Source: the human T2T-CHM13v2.0 reference genome, Homo sapiens
Length of the DNA: 64,000 nt
Strand: one strand, 5' to 3'
NCBI RefSeq assembly: GCF_009914755.1
Contig: NC_060928.1
Below are positions 1 through 14,639 of the stretch, piece by piece. A program made the translations under genes and the position numbers. The notes below the pieces were generated by a model that made no database searches, was not told the DNA's origin, and saw only the letters and a list, made by a program, of their open reading frames with translations. The first letter of the stretch is position 1; the number at the start of each line of letters is the position of its first letter.

Positions 1-898
1 AACATGATGCCTGCATCCCAGTCACTCCAGCTCCAGTCATGGCTAAAAGGGGCCAAGGTACAGCTCAGGCTGTTACTTCAGAGGGTGTAAACCCTAAGCT
101 TTGGTGGCTTTCACATGGTGTTTGGCCTGTGGGTGAGCAGAAGACAATAGTTGAGTTTTGGGAACCTCCACTTAGATTTCAAAGGATAGATAGAAACACC
201 TGAATGTCCAGGCAGAAGTCTGCTGCAGGGGCGGAGCCCTCATGGACAGGAGTAGAGCCCTCATTGCCCTCTACTAGGGCAATGGAGAGGGGAAATATGA
301 GGCTGGAGCCCCCAAACAGAGTCCTCACTGGGGCACTGCCTAGTGAAGCTGTGAGAAGTGGGCCACCATCTTCCAGACTCCAGAATGATAGATCTACCAA
401 CAGCTTGTACTGTGCACCTAGAAAAGCTGCTGGCACTCAACACCAGCTAGTGAATGCAGCCATGGGGGCTGTACCTTGCAAAGCCACAGGGGAAGAGCTT
501 CCAAGGCCTTAGAAACCTACCCCTTGCATCACTGTGCCCTGAACATGAAACATAAAATCAAAGGAGATTATTTTGAAGCTTTAAGATTTAATGAGTGTGC
601 TTCCAGGTTTTGGACTTGCCTAGGGGTTTGTGGCCCCTTTTTTGGCCAATTTCTCCCATTTGGAATGGGAACATTTACCCAATGCTTGTACCCTCATTGT
701 ATCTTTGAAGTAACTAACTTGTTTTTGATTTTACAATCTCATAGGCAGAAGGGACTTGCCTTGTTTCAGATGAGACTTTGGACAGTGGACTTTTGAGTTA
801 GTGTTGGAGTGAGTTAAGACTTTGGAGGATGTTAGGAAGGCCTGATTGGTTTCAAAATGTAAAAATGACATCAGGTTTGGGAAGAGCAAGAGGCAGAA
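1..898 (+). mobile_element. MaLR (THE1/MST) internal sequence, 3' part, running into its 3' LTR
   Basis: Typical THE1/MST-int sequence (ggctaaaaggggccaaggtacagctcagg..., tttcagatgagactttggac...). Purine-rich tract gggaagagcaagaggcagaa lies just before the LTR. Confidence 0.9.
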
Positions 899-1584
<686 letters not shown>

Positions 1585-2396
1585 CTTGCCTTACACAAGG
1601 CATAGTATGTCATCAGCACCTATTGGTTTTTCTATTTGCTTAGCTTTACAATGATTAAATACATGCAATGATTAAAATTTTAATATTCAAAGCATGCATT
1701 ATATATAGCAGGGATGTACAAAGCAATTCTAATAACTTATTAAAAAATTACTAAGAATGCAAGGATAAAATGGCAGACAAAGACTTTGGATGTATATCAT
1801 CAACCTTTTTACAACATTGTCCTCACTATTCATGGATGTGTAGTCTTCTTACTTAACTTATTTTAATTGCAATTGTCTTTTTGTTATAATATAATTATTT
1901 TAATCATCTGAAAGGATCTTTATTATTATAGCAAAATTCCTTTGATATCTCTTGCCTCTTTCTCCTATGAAGCAAACTCTGCTATATTTATTATTGATCT
2001 CTTGGTCGCCATGATGTAATGTCTATTCTACTGCCTTCGTAGAATAGGCATTTGTCTTCAAATGGACATAAAGTTAATAGCTACTACCTAGTCCATCAAG
2101 AGGAAGACTCTAATTGTCATATACTTTCCAAACTGAATCTCAATTCTTAGCTTTCGAAGCCTTTTCCTAGACTGTGTTAGGTTTCAATAGGACATCTGTT
2201 TTGACACTTCTTGAATAACTTTTTTTTGTATATGTGATTCCCCTATAAAATTTGTTTTTTAATTTAAGAAAAATATATTTTATATATTTTTTTATAGTAA
2301 ATGTAAAAATTCTCCTGGTTAAAAAGCACTTATATCAATAAGGATTCTATTAGGAAACAAACTTCTATTCAGATACTTTAACTCAGATTTTTAACT

Positions 2397-2795
2397 CAAT
2401 TTTCAAAGTTTTTTCTCTAAGAACTCCCCGATCTACTTAAAAAAAGCACACTCCACATATTTTAAAAAGCTGAGGATAATAAATGCTTTTGTTTATGTGG
2501 GATAAATATATTAATATTTACTGCATTAAAGTTATAATTGATTGTTAAAATATTTATTTCTTAATTTGAAATGAATAAACCTATTATGTTACATATTTAC
2601 TGAAAATAATTATATTCTCAAAAATATAATATCAATTGAAATAACTGCATCATATTGCATTTTTTCAAATTGCTTTAATGTTTTGCTTAATTGAAAACAT
2701 GTAGATTTTCATATATACTTTCACATTCAATCTATTGCAATATTTTGTTTTAGTTCAAATATATAGAAGAAATCTAACCCAATGCAAAAACAACA
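2397..2795. mobile_element. Charlie1-like hAT DNA transposon end fragment
   Basis: Motifs gcttttgtttatgtggg...atatttac and ttcaatctattgcaatattttgttttagttcaaatatatagaagaaatc resemble the Charlie1 terminus. Confidence 0.65.
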
Positions 2796-3168
2796 GTTGT
2801 TTCCATCATTCCATATCTTCCATATCCCCCTTATTCTCTATCAGCATTTTGATTTGATCAGGTTCTTTACATTGAGTAACCCAAATCTTTCAGTTTCACA
2901 AGGTCTACTTTTTACTGGTCCTATCTTTATTGATTTACTTCTCCCCATGCTCACTGTTTAGCAACAATCTAATTTCCTCTTGGTCTTCAAGATCAGTCCT
3001 ACCTGCCTGAAGAGTAACTGCCTTATTTTCATTTTTGATACATGAGAAGTCCAAAGTACCCATGGGGCACTTCCTAAAATGAGTTTAATAAAATTAGGGC
3101 TGTATTTCCTAGTGGAAACTTTTCTTCCTTTGCAAGTAGGACCTCCAAGTTATGGGAAAGGAAGGAAA

Positions 3169-3186
3169 TACTACTACTACTACTAC

Positions 3187-3227
<41 letters not shown>
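3169..3227. repeat. Compound microsatellite (TAC)n(AAT)n
   Basis: Seen directly. Confidence 0.97.
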
Positions 3228-3230
<3 letters not shown>

Positions 3231-3755
3231 GTAGCTTAGTAAGCATAATTACGACATGCTTACCTTCACTTTTTACTGCCTATTCAGCTCAGTTCTGCCT
3301 ACGGAAAAAGTGCCATATATTGGTTGCTGTCTTCATACATATATCATATTCTGTAGAATAGAACTCCAGCTACTCAAAATATTTTTCCCAGCTAGTATCA
3401 TGAGTGAGATTTCAGTAGGCCATTCCACTCTTCTATCAACTTGACTGCTTCTGGGTGTGAGGTACATCATGAGGGTAACTGCACAGGGAAGGACCTATTT
3501 CCTCAATCATATCATGATAAAAATGTTTCTTTGTCACAGGCAATGGTATACAGGGTAACATGATAATGAATGAAGCAATTTGTAAGTTCTTTAATAGTAA
3601 TACACACAGAATTGTTTAAGGCATGGAGAGAAAAAACATATTTAGATTAGTTATGTATTACCAAAAGAATGAATGACTGCCTCTTCAAGAAATAAAGGGG
3701 TCTAATGCAATCATCCTTTGTTAGGTGGTTAATAGGTGTACCTGCAAAGTGGTAT

Positions 3756-4118
3756 TGGTATGATTTGGCTTCATATCCCCACCCAAATCTCATCTCGAAT
3801 AATAATTCCCATGTGTTGACGGAGGAACCTGGTGGGAGGTGACTGGATCATGGGAGCAGTTTCCTCCATGCTGCTGTCATGATAGTAAGGGAGCTCTCAC
3901 GAGATCTGATGTTTTTATAAATGGCAGTTTCCCCTGACCTCTCTCTCTCCTGCTACCATGTAATATGTGCTTGCTTCCTCTTCACCTTCCCCCATGACTG
4001 TAAGTATCCTGAGGCCTCCTCAACTGTGTGAAACAGTGAGTCAATTAAACCTCTTCCAATCATAATTTACACAGCCTCAAGTAGTATCTTTATAGCAGTG
4101 GGAAAATGGACTAATACA
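3756..4118 (+). mobile_element. THE1 (C/D-like) solo LTR nested in the ERVL internal region
   Basis: tggtatgatttggct...cccacccaaatctcatctcg to ggactaataca. 5-bp TSD GGTAT/GGCAT. Confidence 0.92.
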
Positions 4119-5890
4119 GGCATCAAATTGGAAACTCACTTTCTCTCTGCTATTTGCAAGTTGGGCACTCAAAATGTGTGGTAGTCAAATCAGTCTTGGT
4201 TGGATGAAACACAGCTTGTTGAAATTATGCTTACACAATTTTGCCTCTATCCTTTGCTATAACCACTTTATAAATGTGTTCATTGAAGAAGCAGCAAAGC
4301 AGATGGAGCAAGAAAATTAGCATTCCAAGGATTGTTCATTTTATCTAACTGATTATTAAGAGTGGAAGACATCAGCAGCTATTTCAAGAAGTTTATCTAC
4401 ATACCTTTTTCCAGATCTCATCTTCAACAATCTTTTCAATGTACTCTACATATGTCACTGAGTGGCTTGGCAATCTATTAATCATTATATAGAAGGCAAT
4501 TATTAATAGATCCATTCCTCAGGCCATCTTTTCTTCTAATCGAAGTGGAAAACAAAATATCTTGTGTTTAAATTTTTCACTCTGGGAAAATTTCTCATCA
4601 CAACTTCTGTTCAGTATATTGTTCAGAAGCCTCTTTAATGTCATGCCTTTTTTTCCTTTTCTATTAAAAAAAGAAGTTATAAGTGTTGTTTTAGAAGGAA
4701 ATGGCAAAACATCAAAACTAATTACCATAAGAATTGAAGATGCCTACTTTTGAATCTTCATTGTGCCTTTGTGACCTGCTTGAACGTGGTGTCATATGAA
4801 TGGTTTCTTTTTATGCTATAGCATAAGTTCTACTTAATGGTCTGATGTATCATATGCCACTTAGTTTGTGATAGGCAGTGTATCAATGTACTTAGTGTCC
4901 TAGATTAAGCATTAATTTTTCTACTGAATCACAGGTATAAGTCCTGAGCTACTACTAGAGAAAGACAGTTTTTAGCAAAACAAACAAACAAACAAACAAA
5001 AAAAACAGGGAGCATAGCTTTGCTCCAACACTCTAAGAATCTGGACTATGATTTTCCCAGTAGATTTTTTGAGAGACTCCATATAGTCTTCTTATCTGCT
5101 GTAGATTCATCATCAAATACCATTGTGTCCACTAATCGTAAGGACAGAACATCTGGACCTGCTCGAGGCATTCCTTCCTCATCCTTATTTAATGTTGGAG
5201 ACCACATCGATTAATAGGTAGCTGATGAGAATCCCATCCATATGCCAAATTTGTTACATCCTAAATTCAAAGATTCCCCTCAATTCTCATTATGTGCAGT
5301 GGATGGAACAAAAGAGAGCAATTTGTCTTTTACTTTAGAAGAGATACCTGAGAGACTACTGGACTCCTAGAAAATTTAACAATAATGTTTTCACCTAAAA
5401 TTTTATGGAGTTCATTTCTCATTCTAAAGTATTAATGTGTCTTATTTAAGTTACCTAAGCTACTCGCTTCTCCTACCTATAGCGGCATCAAGGTAACTGA
5501 GGTCTCTTTAGACTACATTATGACAAATAGAAGGACACTGAACATAGATTTGAATGAAGGTTAAAAAAAAAAGTTACCAATGTTTCTTATTAAATTGATA
5601 GAAAAACAAACAACAAACATTTTTTTCCCCAGATAAGTAGTTTTATGCCAGCTATCAGGGAGTATGCTAATTTTTTCAGTAATGGTATAGCACCTGAACC
5701 TTCCATAAAGGGTAGTATTCTTTCCAAGTTTATGAAAATACACAGCTACTTTTCAAGATCGATCAAACTTTTTTTTTAACCAGCCAAAGAGATAAAATAA
5801 CCAATCATCCTTGATCCTTCCACATGTTTGGAAATAGCAGTAGGGTCTGTATTTTCCTTTTAGACATGGTATAGTTTTCTTTTGACTGCA

Positions 5891-5961
5891 TTTTCCTATT
5901 AAATATGGTATTGTTTTATTTTAATTGTGTTTTCTTATTAAATATGGTATTGTTTAATTTT
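5891..5961. repeat. Two-copy tandem duplication, 39-bp period
   Basis: ttttc(c/t)tattaaatatggtattgttt(t/a)atttt at 5891 and 5930. Confidence 0.9.
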
Positions 5962-7052
5962 GACAAATAACATTCTAATGGCTTTCATTTGGTCTCTGAT
6001 ACCTTAGGAAGAGTCAGGGAACAATCACACAATCTTGCTACTTGTTTAGTGTCCCGCTTTTAACAACACATTCAGGAACCCAAGCTCTAACCATGGGATG
6101 GGCCACTGGACCATCTATTGCATGTCCTCTGTCAGATTCACTGCAATGGGTCACAGCATTTACTCAGATCCACTACCTACTAATCTTAGGAGATATTTGC
6201 CCTTCCAGTTTCTCAGTGCCTAGTTACTCTGCAAATGGCCACAAGTACATTTTGTTTCAGAATCTTACTTTCACAGGCTGTAGGTAATTGTTTATTTCAA
6301 GCTTTAATATGCTAAAAAATCAACTTCTTAAACCCACTCTCCAGTGCACAGGTCAACATATTAAATGCCAAATTCTGAATTAGACCTACTGCTTTGATAA
6401 ATTTGGCCCAGTTCAACTTAATACACTGTGTTATTTGATTTGACATCCTTAAGGGTGACAAGATCTTGTAATTTTCTTTGATGTACAGGCTATCTTCTGT
6501 AGAAACCTTGCATTTCCCAGTCTGGAGTCTAAGACCAGAGGCAGTGAGTGATAATGGGAATGTATCTTTACAAAAATAAACACCTGCTGGAAATAAAGTT
6601 TAAGAATATTTGGAGAAAAGATTCACAATTTTGGCTCTAGCTACCAAAATGCCCCTAAACCAAGTCTTCAAATCTGATTTGCTTTTAAACAGTGACCTAT
6701 TCTAGGCATAAGTGACTTGAAAGTTGCACATTTACTGGTGTTGCAATCTTTAACCTGCAGTTTGATTTGGATTCTGGTCTTTGGCATGCCTTTCTTATAG
6801 CTATGAGACAAGAGATTGTTTTAAGATTATCATGAAAGCTTTCTGCTTTTCCTCATATGTCTATAATTGGAAATTAAGGGCCCACAGATTATCACTTGTT
6901 TTTTTTTCTTTTGTAAGTTCTCAAGAATAGTTAAAGACAGACATCCCACCCCACAGTCTGTAATCAGTATGACTGTCATATTGATCAAATGCTATCAACT
7001 GTGGATTACATAAACCTTTGCTCTCCATTGGTACTTCAACCCAAGCCACTAC

Positions 7053-7236
7053 CTGGGATCAACCTCAAAGGCATGCAGTCTATAACAGTCCCACAGTGTT
7101 CTGTACTTATAAGGTCCTGTACTTCTTTTAATGCTCAGTTGTCATTTGTTACTGGCTTAAAATTCTTAATAATTTTTAAACAAAGGGCTCAGTATCTTAT
7201 TTTGCACTGAGCCCCACAAATTGTGTAGCCAGTTGG
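7053..7236. mobile_element. MER91A-like hAT MITE
   Basis: aaattcttaataatttttaaacaaagggctc...attttgcactgagccccacaaattgtgtagcc matches the MER91 end. Confidence 0.75.
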
Positions 7237-7409
7237 CCATGTCGCCAACAAAACTAATTTGACTAAGTCTGGTGCCAATGAATGACAAATTAAGGCTGTT
7301 CTGCATTCCCCAGCAAAGGATATCACCCATATGCTTGACTAATATGGGACCAGTCTAGTTTCAGAATCCCATCTCAGCTTCTGCTTCCTGGTGGAACACT
7401 TGCAACCAG

Positions 7410-7780
7410 CTACTCTCTCAGGTTTTTGTTCTCTCAGATGGCCCAACTGATAGGATTTCAATGAGGGCTTATTTATAGATATGTGAGAGGCTTTAGCAAA
7501 ACAATAAGGGAAATTGAGTTTTCTAGAGGCTAGTAATAGTGAGAAGAATCTTTCATCAATGAATTATAGTTGTGGAAAAACACAGCCACTGCCAGAACCA
7601 AATTCGAACCAAGCCCGAATTGGAGAAGATAACCTAACCTCTTTTTCTTTAGTGAAACCCAGCTGGAAGCTGGCCTGCAAAGGAATCCTGATAATACTAT
7701 CCATAACAGTCAGACAATTGGGCAGAGAAGATTGAGCATGGATCTGTTGAAAAAGGGCAACAGAAAAGCCATGTAAAATA
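7410..7780 (-). mobile_element. LTR33-like ERVL LTR, probable 5' LTR of the ERVL fossil
   Basis: cagatggcccaac...tttcaatgagggcttatttatagatatgtg...gaggctagtaatagtgagaag resembles reverse LTR33 and abuts the internal region. Confidence 0.55.
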
Positions 7781-10700
7781 CAATTTAAAATTAATCTTCT
7801 CCTTTTTTCTACTCTAAAAGTTGGAATCTTTATAACATGGAAGGACTACTTAGCATGGAAAAGCTACAAGGAAAGTATAGTGAAGCCAAATATTTTATTT
7901 CCCACCCATTCTTGAGTTACAATAAATACCTACTCCTCCTTATTTTTAGCTTACTTAGAATAAGATTACAGCTGTGAATCCATCTGATTTCGTCCCCTGA
8001 GTCCTCTGTTTTAGCATGCATAATTGAAAGCCAGTTGTGAGTAAAAGGTGTAGTTCCATAGAATTTATGTTTGGTTCCTTTTAAATTTATTGGACTGTCA
8101 TGTACTTTTTTACTAAGCAGGAAAGACACTGTGCTTTTGTGTATTCACTTTATGTCTATAATGAATTTATCCTCTTGTTGTATTCTAGTCATTATAATTT
8201 AATGTTTAATTCTTTTGTGTTGTTTTATTTTAGTATCTTTATATTTTCATAAACATATCAGTTACATAGTTGTTGAACTGTCCTAGAATTTAAGATCCCT
8301 AAATACATTCATTGTAAATATTCTGCTAAAAATTCTAGCACTGAAACAAAAGCAGTATAACAAATGTTTTTTATTGTAATAAAAAGGTACTGAAAATGTC
8401 AACTCAAACCTTGATACAAACGGTATAGAGGCCAGGGATGGAGATATCCTTCTTTGCTGTGTACTTCCAGTATTAATCTGCTCTTATTCCTTTAAAATGT
8501 GCTCATAAAAAGAGACAGAAAGGGTGATTAAATATTTATTTATTTATTTATAATGTGGTTAATATTATTAATGAAGTATATTCATATAATTACTTTTTTG
8601 GAGTTTAATCAAATGTAGATCTATAGAAAACAGCTGTTCAATACTTAAACAGATGGACAGGGAAGGGAAACATAGTGTCCTGTGTTTAAAGAGCTGAATG
8701 TGTATCTAAACCCATAACACTGCTACGTTTTGTGCACCAACAAAATAACCTAGCCTAAAATGCCTTCAAATGAAGGCTACATATTCTCTTCAAAGTAAAG
8801 TGGCTGTTACTGTTAATAAATTGAGTAATAAAATTTATACCTCAAAATATTACAAATAAACATAGGCAGTTTCATACTATTTAGATTCATTACAACTGAA
8901 AACACATAAAACCAAAACAAAAGCCAATTGAAAATTAAGTAGTGTGAAATAAAGCCAGCCTAATTTTGAAATTACCTTAAAAACAAGTTATAAAGGGGGA
9001 ATCCAGGCAACATGCAAATTTGTAAATCATCCTTTTTGCCTGATTTTAAATAAGCACCTTCTAGAATTTACCAGGCTCTTTCTACCTAGTGCTTAATAAG
9101 TAGCAAATGAGAAGCTTATGAAAGATCATCCAATTCTGTCAGACAATGAGGGCATCACAAAGCTAAGGAATGCTTTTAATGAAAGTATGGTACCTAGTGT
9201 CTTCTTGTCTTCTCCAAGAACTCACTAAAGACAATATGGCAGCAAGAGTTGACAAGTGATCTCTATACTACAATAAAAGCAATCATTACTCTCAATTCTT
9301 TTAGAAAGAAAAAAGTTATAAATGAGTGAACTACTGTAGAAACATGGAGGGTAGAGTAAACCAAAAGAACTGATACACCTGATACACCAGAAGTAAAAGA
9401 GGTCGTGGTTTGAAAGACAAGATTTGTTTTGTGCCACAGTGCTCTGGATTTGATATTATTCAAATAGCAATATAAAGCCCTTGCTTTTGTGTGCTAGAGT
9501 TTATCTAAGCATCCTTAATCAGTTAATATTTTGGTCAAATATCTCATATGTCACGAACAACTGTTTTTCTTCATTTCTTCATTACATTTATTTACTAATA
9601 ACAGGATCTGCTCTTTGCTACGTATTACCCTCTGTGAAGGGTAAGACCCCATTTCTTAAAACAATGAAAATATAGTCAGAGGCTCTGCCCTCAGAGAGGT
9701 TAATTTAGATAAATAAATAATATAGGTTTTTAAAAGCAAATATAATAAATTAAAATCAATTCCTAAATGATTGTAAATTATTTTAGCTACAAAAAGGACT
9801 ATTTCAAACACAGAGATAAACTGCACAAGCTGATTTAGATTTTTTTCTTGCTTTAAGAATCAAGGCAGTACCTTTGGTTTCTTACTTTTAAATTGATTTA
9901 GTTCCCTCTTGAGCTGATTTATACCACTTTGCTTCTATTATTGACTTTGGCAGTTTGTTACTTATTTCAACTACTCTTTTGTGTAATAGAATTTTTTGAA
10001 TCACCTATAGGCTAGGCTTGTACTTAATTTCAATGCATGAACTTGTGTTTTTAAATGAGTTATTCCTTCAAGCAGCAGATCTCTTTTTTTTTCTTCAATT
10101 TTTTTTTTTGTATTTCAGTAAGACCTCACATATTGACCTTTTTTTTTCTAAGACATTGTAAGCTTTTAAAAAGTGAAGTTTAAGCATGCAATTAGGAGCA
10201 ATGAAGCACAAAATTGCTCATGCAAGAAATATCATCATTTTCCTTGTGCATCTGAAAATAAGGGATTTGTGCTGCCCAGTCATGAGCTAACTAGTAGGAT
10301 AAGGGCACACAATCATGCACAACCTATCATTACATTTAAACAAATTCAGTAATAGTTTGGTACCCACAATTATAAACTCATAAACACCCACTTGATGATA
10401 TGCCTTTCTTCTTACTGCACATACAGTGATTTGTTCTATATGATGTGATTTTGACCTTTTGTCCATTTATTCTCTATGTGTCACAAGTTTTTTTCGAGAA
10501 ATATTAATATCATTTGAGAGTAGACCTTAAGGTTTTTCAAGGTTCAGTTAAAGATGGAGGGCTATGGAGGAAAAAGTGTTTAAGGGGCCAGTAAATCTTT
10601 TTTAGTTCCTATTCTCATGCAATCTGTTTAAGATGCACCAGATTTAATAGCTGAAAAGGGACTGGAGCCCAGTCTAATTTCTGGTCCACAAGACCACAGT

Positions 10701-11044
10701 ATTTTCTGCATTAAACAGCTGCATCTTCAGTTGCTCTTTATTTAAATAGATAAATACACTCTCATCGTAAATATAAAAGCCAACTGGAAATTAATTAGGG
10801 TCAACAATTTCTATATGTTTCATTATTAGAAGCTTAATACCACAATTATGGCATATCAATACCCACCTTTTGCCCTCACTGCCTTAAAAACTTTACCCTT
10901 GCTCACAGCCACCTCTATTACTGACCTCATTATTTTCTTTTCATGGATTTCAGATTTTTCTTTTTCTCTCACATAACTGCGACAGAATTATTTTCCTTAA
11001 ATTTCTTACCCATTGGAGACAATTACTATTTTTTATTATTAGAG

Positions 11045-11290
11045 AAGTGATTCTACAGAGTAGAAGAGGCACTGGATTTTGCAATTTTTTCTTTTACTTT
11101 TTTTTTGCCTATATCACTAACATCCTGTCATTTTGAATAAATGCTTTATTTTTAAGACCCCATTTCTTTAAATATGATTATGGGATAATTATAACTGCTC
11201 TACTTATGAAAAATAAGTATGTATTTAATTAAATATCAAATGGTTAGCATATAAAGTCCTCTGCACATTGTAAATCGATAAATAACCATG
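11045..11290 (+). mobile_element. MIR SINE, degraded
   Basis: gagtagaagaggcactggat..., ccccatttctttaaatatgattatgggataat core-like sequence. Confidence 0.55.
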
Positions 11291-12647
11291 CATTTTTATG
11301 AAGGTTATACGTATTACTAGACACAGTTTGAAATGATTGGTTTGCTACTGATAATATTCCTTTTCTCTCATTTTGTTTACATTGATTCATACCCCTATCA
11401 CTGATACTTTCCCTACCCCTTCAGCCTAACACATTTTGCAAGATTTATTTCAAATTCCACCTCTTCCCTAAAGCTTTCCTAAGAATTCCAACCAATCTTG
11501 ACATTTCCAAACAAAATGTATTATTATATAGAGAGGTTAATTTCCTAAAATGATTATTAAAATATATTTTATTAAATATTTCAGAATATTTGAGAATAGA
11601 TTTTCTACTGAAAATGTGTGAAATTTAAAAACCGGTAGTAAGATGTTGAGATAATTTTTTTTTCCACATAGGCTAAACAGGTCTTGGGTGGTCTTAGTCA
11701 ATTCCAGTTATTCCAGTTAAGTTTATAACGTCTCTTTTCACTCACAGAGGGGTCCTGATTCAGATGAAAGAAAAAACGTGTTCACCTTGTCAATGGGTCA
11801 ATTTCATGTAGTGGCTACAAAGTGGTGGAAAACATCCACCATTAATCACTGTGTTTTTGCTGAGAACTGGAGCTGGACTCTGCCACGATAGTACAAATAC
11901 AGTTGGTCAAGGAACAGGAGAGCAAGGTTGAGATAAGTATCTTAATGTGTACTAGTATCAGAGTATGCACCAAGAAAAGGAAATGTAAAATGATTGTGCT
12001 CTTAGATGTCATATATTCCTATACAAAGGCAATATGAAATAGCCCATGTTAGTTTGAAGGAAGGAATGTCTGAGTAGTTGGAGTCATATTTGTAGATTCA
12101 GTGAGAATAGATGTAAATCTCTCCATCATTCCACACCCACTTTCGCATCTTTCTGTGTCCTGCACCTCATGGCTAGATTTTTCCGGAAATAAAACTATAC
12201 AGTCAATTTCAGGTGCATTTTAGGCAGTAGCTACAGGTCTCTTGGTAATTCTGTTTGCAACCTTTGTTTCTGTTATCTATCTTGAGAAATTTGATGTCCC
12301 TAAATGTTTCTTATTATTTAGAATGATGTTTAAGTTAATGATTACACATATGGGGTTGGTTATTTAATAATTCTGTTTTTTTCTCTTTGTTTCCAAATAT
12401 TGCAACATTATAGAGTCTCTGATTTTGAAAGAATTCCATGAACATTGCAATGTGAATTATCACATTGCACTCTGCCTGTAGTACATGTCGCTCCCTCATT
12501 CAGTTTTCATCATTGCATCTGTGCTATTGGCTGTGGACATAGCGAAGCAGAAACTAAAGAAGTATCTCCAACTAGTTCGATGGTACAGGCTGATTGTATT
12601 TATTTTGGGAGGACTTATCTGATCTCTCCAGACTTCACTTAGGTATT

Positions 12648-13212
12648 TTTGTCAGCTATGACACTTTCAGCTGTAAGAAACAGAAGATACAATTACAATC
12701 AGCTTTGAAAAGAAGAGTTGATTAAAGAAATCTTGTGTAAGGCAGTACCAGCTCATCAAGGGCCAGGATCCTTCATCATTCTCCCCCACCATCCTCAGCA
12801 TTTTGGCTTTCAAGCTAAGGCTGATGCCCTAATGATAAAAAATGCAATGGCATGGAAGCTCCAGTTTTCATGTCCTCACAAAACCCATCTGGCAGCAGGG
12901 AAAGAGGCAGTGTTCCTCACATTCTCCTTTTTTTATCAGAAAGGAAATCTTCTACCAGATCCCTAAAATCTAACTTTATATTTTGTCTCATTAGCCATAG
13001 TTATATCACATGACCATGTGTGAGCTAATCACTGCAAGAGGAAAGGATGGTTATTATGGGCTTTGCCTAATCAACATTTCTTCCAGGAGCTGGAAAGAGA
13101 ACCAGTTTCCCTGAGTGCATGTGCCATCAGTTCCTGAACAGAAACCAGTTTCTTATAGTAAGGAATAAGGAAATAATGGCTATTGGGAGGGATTTCCATA
13201 GCATCTGCCACA
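12648..13212 (-). mobile_element. Old MLT1 (J/K/L-like) MaLR LTR
   Basis: ctttcagctgtaagaaacagaag..., gggccaggatccttc..., ends ggctattgggagg...gcatctgccaca. Confidence 0.7.
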
Positions 13213-13219
13213 CCTTTCA

Positions 13220-13378
13220 ATGTGTTTCTGTAGCACTTACCATAGTATATAGTGCCCGCTAACTTGTCTGTTTCCCATATGTGATTGTATAAAGGTAGAG
13301 ATTGGCTTGAGCTCATTGTCTATCTGCAAAATATCATACACAATAAGTGATCTTAAATGAACAAATTAATACTGAATG
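13220..13378 (+). mobile_element. L2 3' end
   Basis: tagcacttaccatag...ttgtctgtttccc...aaggtagagattgg...actgaatg. Confidence 0.55.
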
Positions 13379-14191
13379 TTATATTGTACTATAAATGGTC
13401 AATATGACTTCAGGATACATCAAGCTGAAGTGTCTGTGCCCTTCTGTAGGCTACGGGAAATCTGCAAGCTTTTATAAATATGCTTCATAAATCATGGAAA
13501 AATAAGGCAAAGTCTAATCTTTCTTTCGTTGGTATGTCTTTTTATTAAATTTCAGCACAGTATTTCTGCATTGAATATGTCACCTTCAGTAATATAGGAC
13601 GCTTTGGGAAAAAAGACACATGCAGGTGTAGACACTGAAGAAGAGCTTTCTATTTTGTCATTTTATTGTTCCTAAACTTGGAATAAGGCTATGTTTCATT
13701 TTTCTTATTATATGTTTAGTAGAAGAAATGATCTCTACTTATAGCTTACAAAAGGAAGTTTAATGTAGCAACAAAGTACTAATTAATTTTCATTCACGTG
13801 ATGTTATAATAACATCTCTGAGAGATGACTTAAGGCATAATGTGTTTTTTTTCTCTTTTGAAATAAATGAACTCATCTTGGATGCTAATTCGTGAGTTAC
13901 TTTTTAAAATAATGTTTAGTCTTTATAAACAGGAATGCACTAAAATTTAAAAACACGGAAGCGTATGTAGGTCATATAAATTTAAGAAATGAAAACTGTA
14001 GCATTCTCGAAAAGTTATGTTTTGCCCTTTAAGAAAATTGTAGTTTATTTCTGCAGCTAGATTAAAAAAAGCACAGAATGAGGAAAAAAATAAATATAGA
14101 TAGACAGATATAGATGTTTGTACCAAAACAAGTTGATTATTCTCTTTAGATTTGGATATAGATAATGCCCTGAGGGAGATATACTGTAGAA

Positions 14192-14402
14192 CAGTTTCTC
14201 AATTGTGACACTATTGACATTTTGGGCTGGATAAGTCTTTGTTGTAGAAGGTTGTCCTTTCCATTGCACAATGTTTAGCAGCGTCCCTAGCCTCTACCAC
14301 TAGATGCCAGTAGCATCTCCCCATTTGTCACAAACAAAAATGTCTCCAGATGTTACCAGATATTACAAGGAGAGAAAAGTAACCGTAAGTTAAAAACCAT
14401 AG
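14192..14402. mobile_element. MER20 hAT-Charlie MITE
   Basis: cactattgacattttgggctggataa...tttagcagcgtccctagcctctaccactagatgccagtagc...aaaaatgtctccaga. Confidence 0.92.
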
Positions 14403-14639
14403 CTGTTAAGTAGCAAAATTATAAAAATTTTCATCTTAATATGTAACAGCTTAAAAAAAAAGGATGGGTTTGATAAGGTTGGTGACTTTGAGTTATGTGA
14501 TTGGTACTTGGGCCATAGACTATGGGAACTGAAGAAAGATGATTGATTTGTTTATAAAATATAATAATCCTTTTCCACTGTTTTACAAGACCATTTATCA
14601 GTTCTTTTTTTCCATTAGTATGTAGAAAAAAAATAAAAA

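Larger units (their letters stand above)
2800..7400 (-). mobile_element. Decayed ERVL-class internal region (gag-pol-dUTPase remnants)
   Basis: Minus-strand remnants: RT at ~5350-5750 (YFHKL..EKISILPDSW..FSI; CHNVV*RDL..; NFLGVQ*), integrase-like at ~3480-3600, dUTPase-like at ~3040-3120 (FPLGNTALILLN..P.G.FGLL). Many stops and frameshifts. Confidence 0.75.

Noticed and set aside
179-796. ORFs of 85-106 aa on both strands
   Set aside because: They lie within MaLR internal sequence and are decayed retroelement frames, not host genes.
3152-3361. ORF with poly-Thr/poly-Asn
   Set aside because: Translation of the (TAC)n(AAT)n microsatellite.
12446-12469. Perfect hairpin TGCAATGTGA-atta-TCACATTGCA
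   Set aside because: A single 10-bp inverted repeat is plausible by chance in 64 kb of AT-rich DNA, and it is too short for a pre-miRNA.
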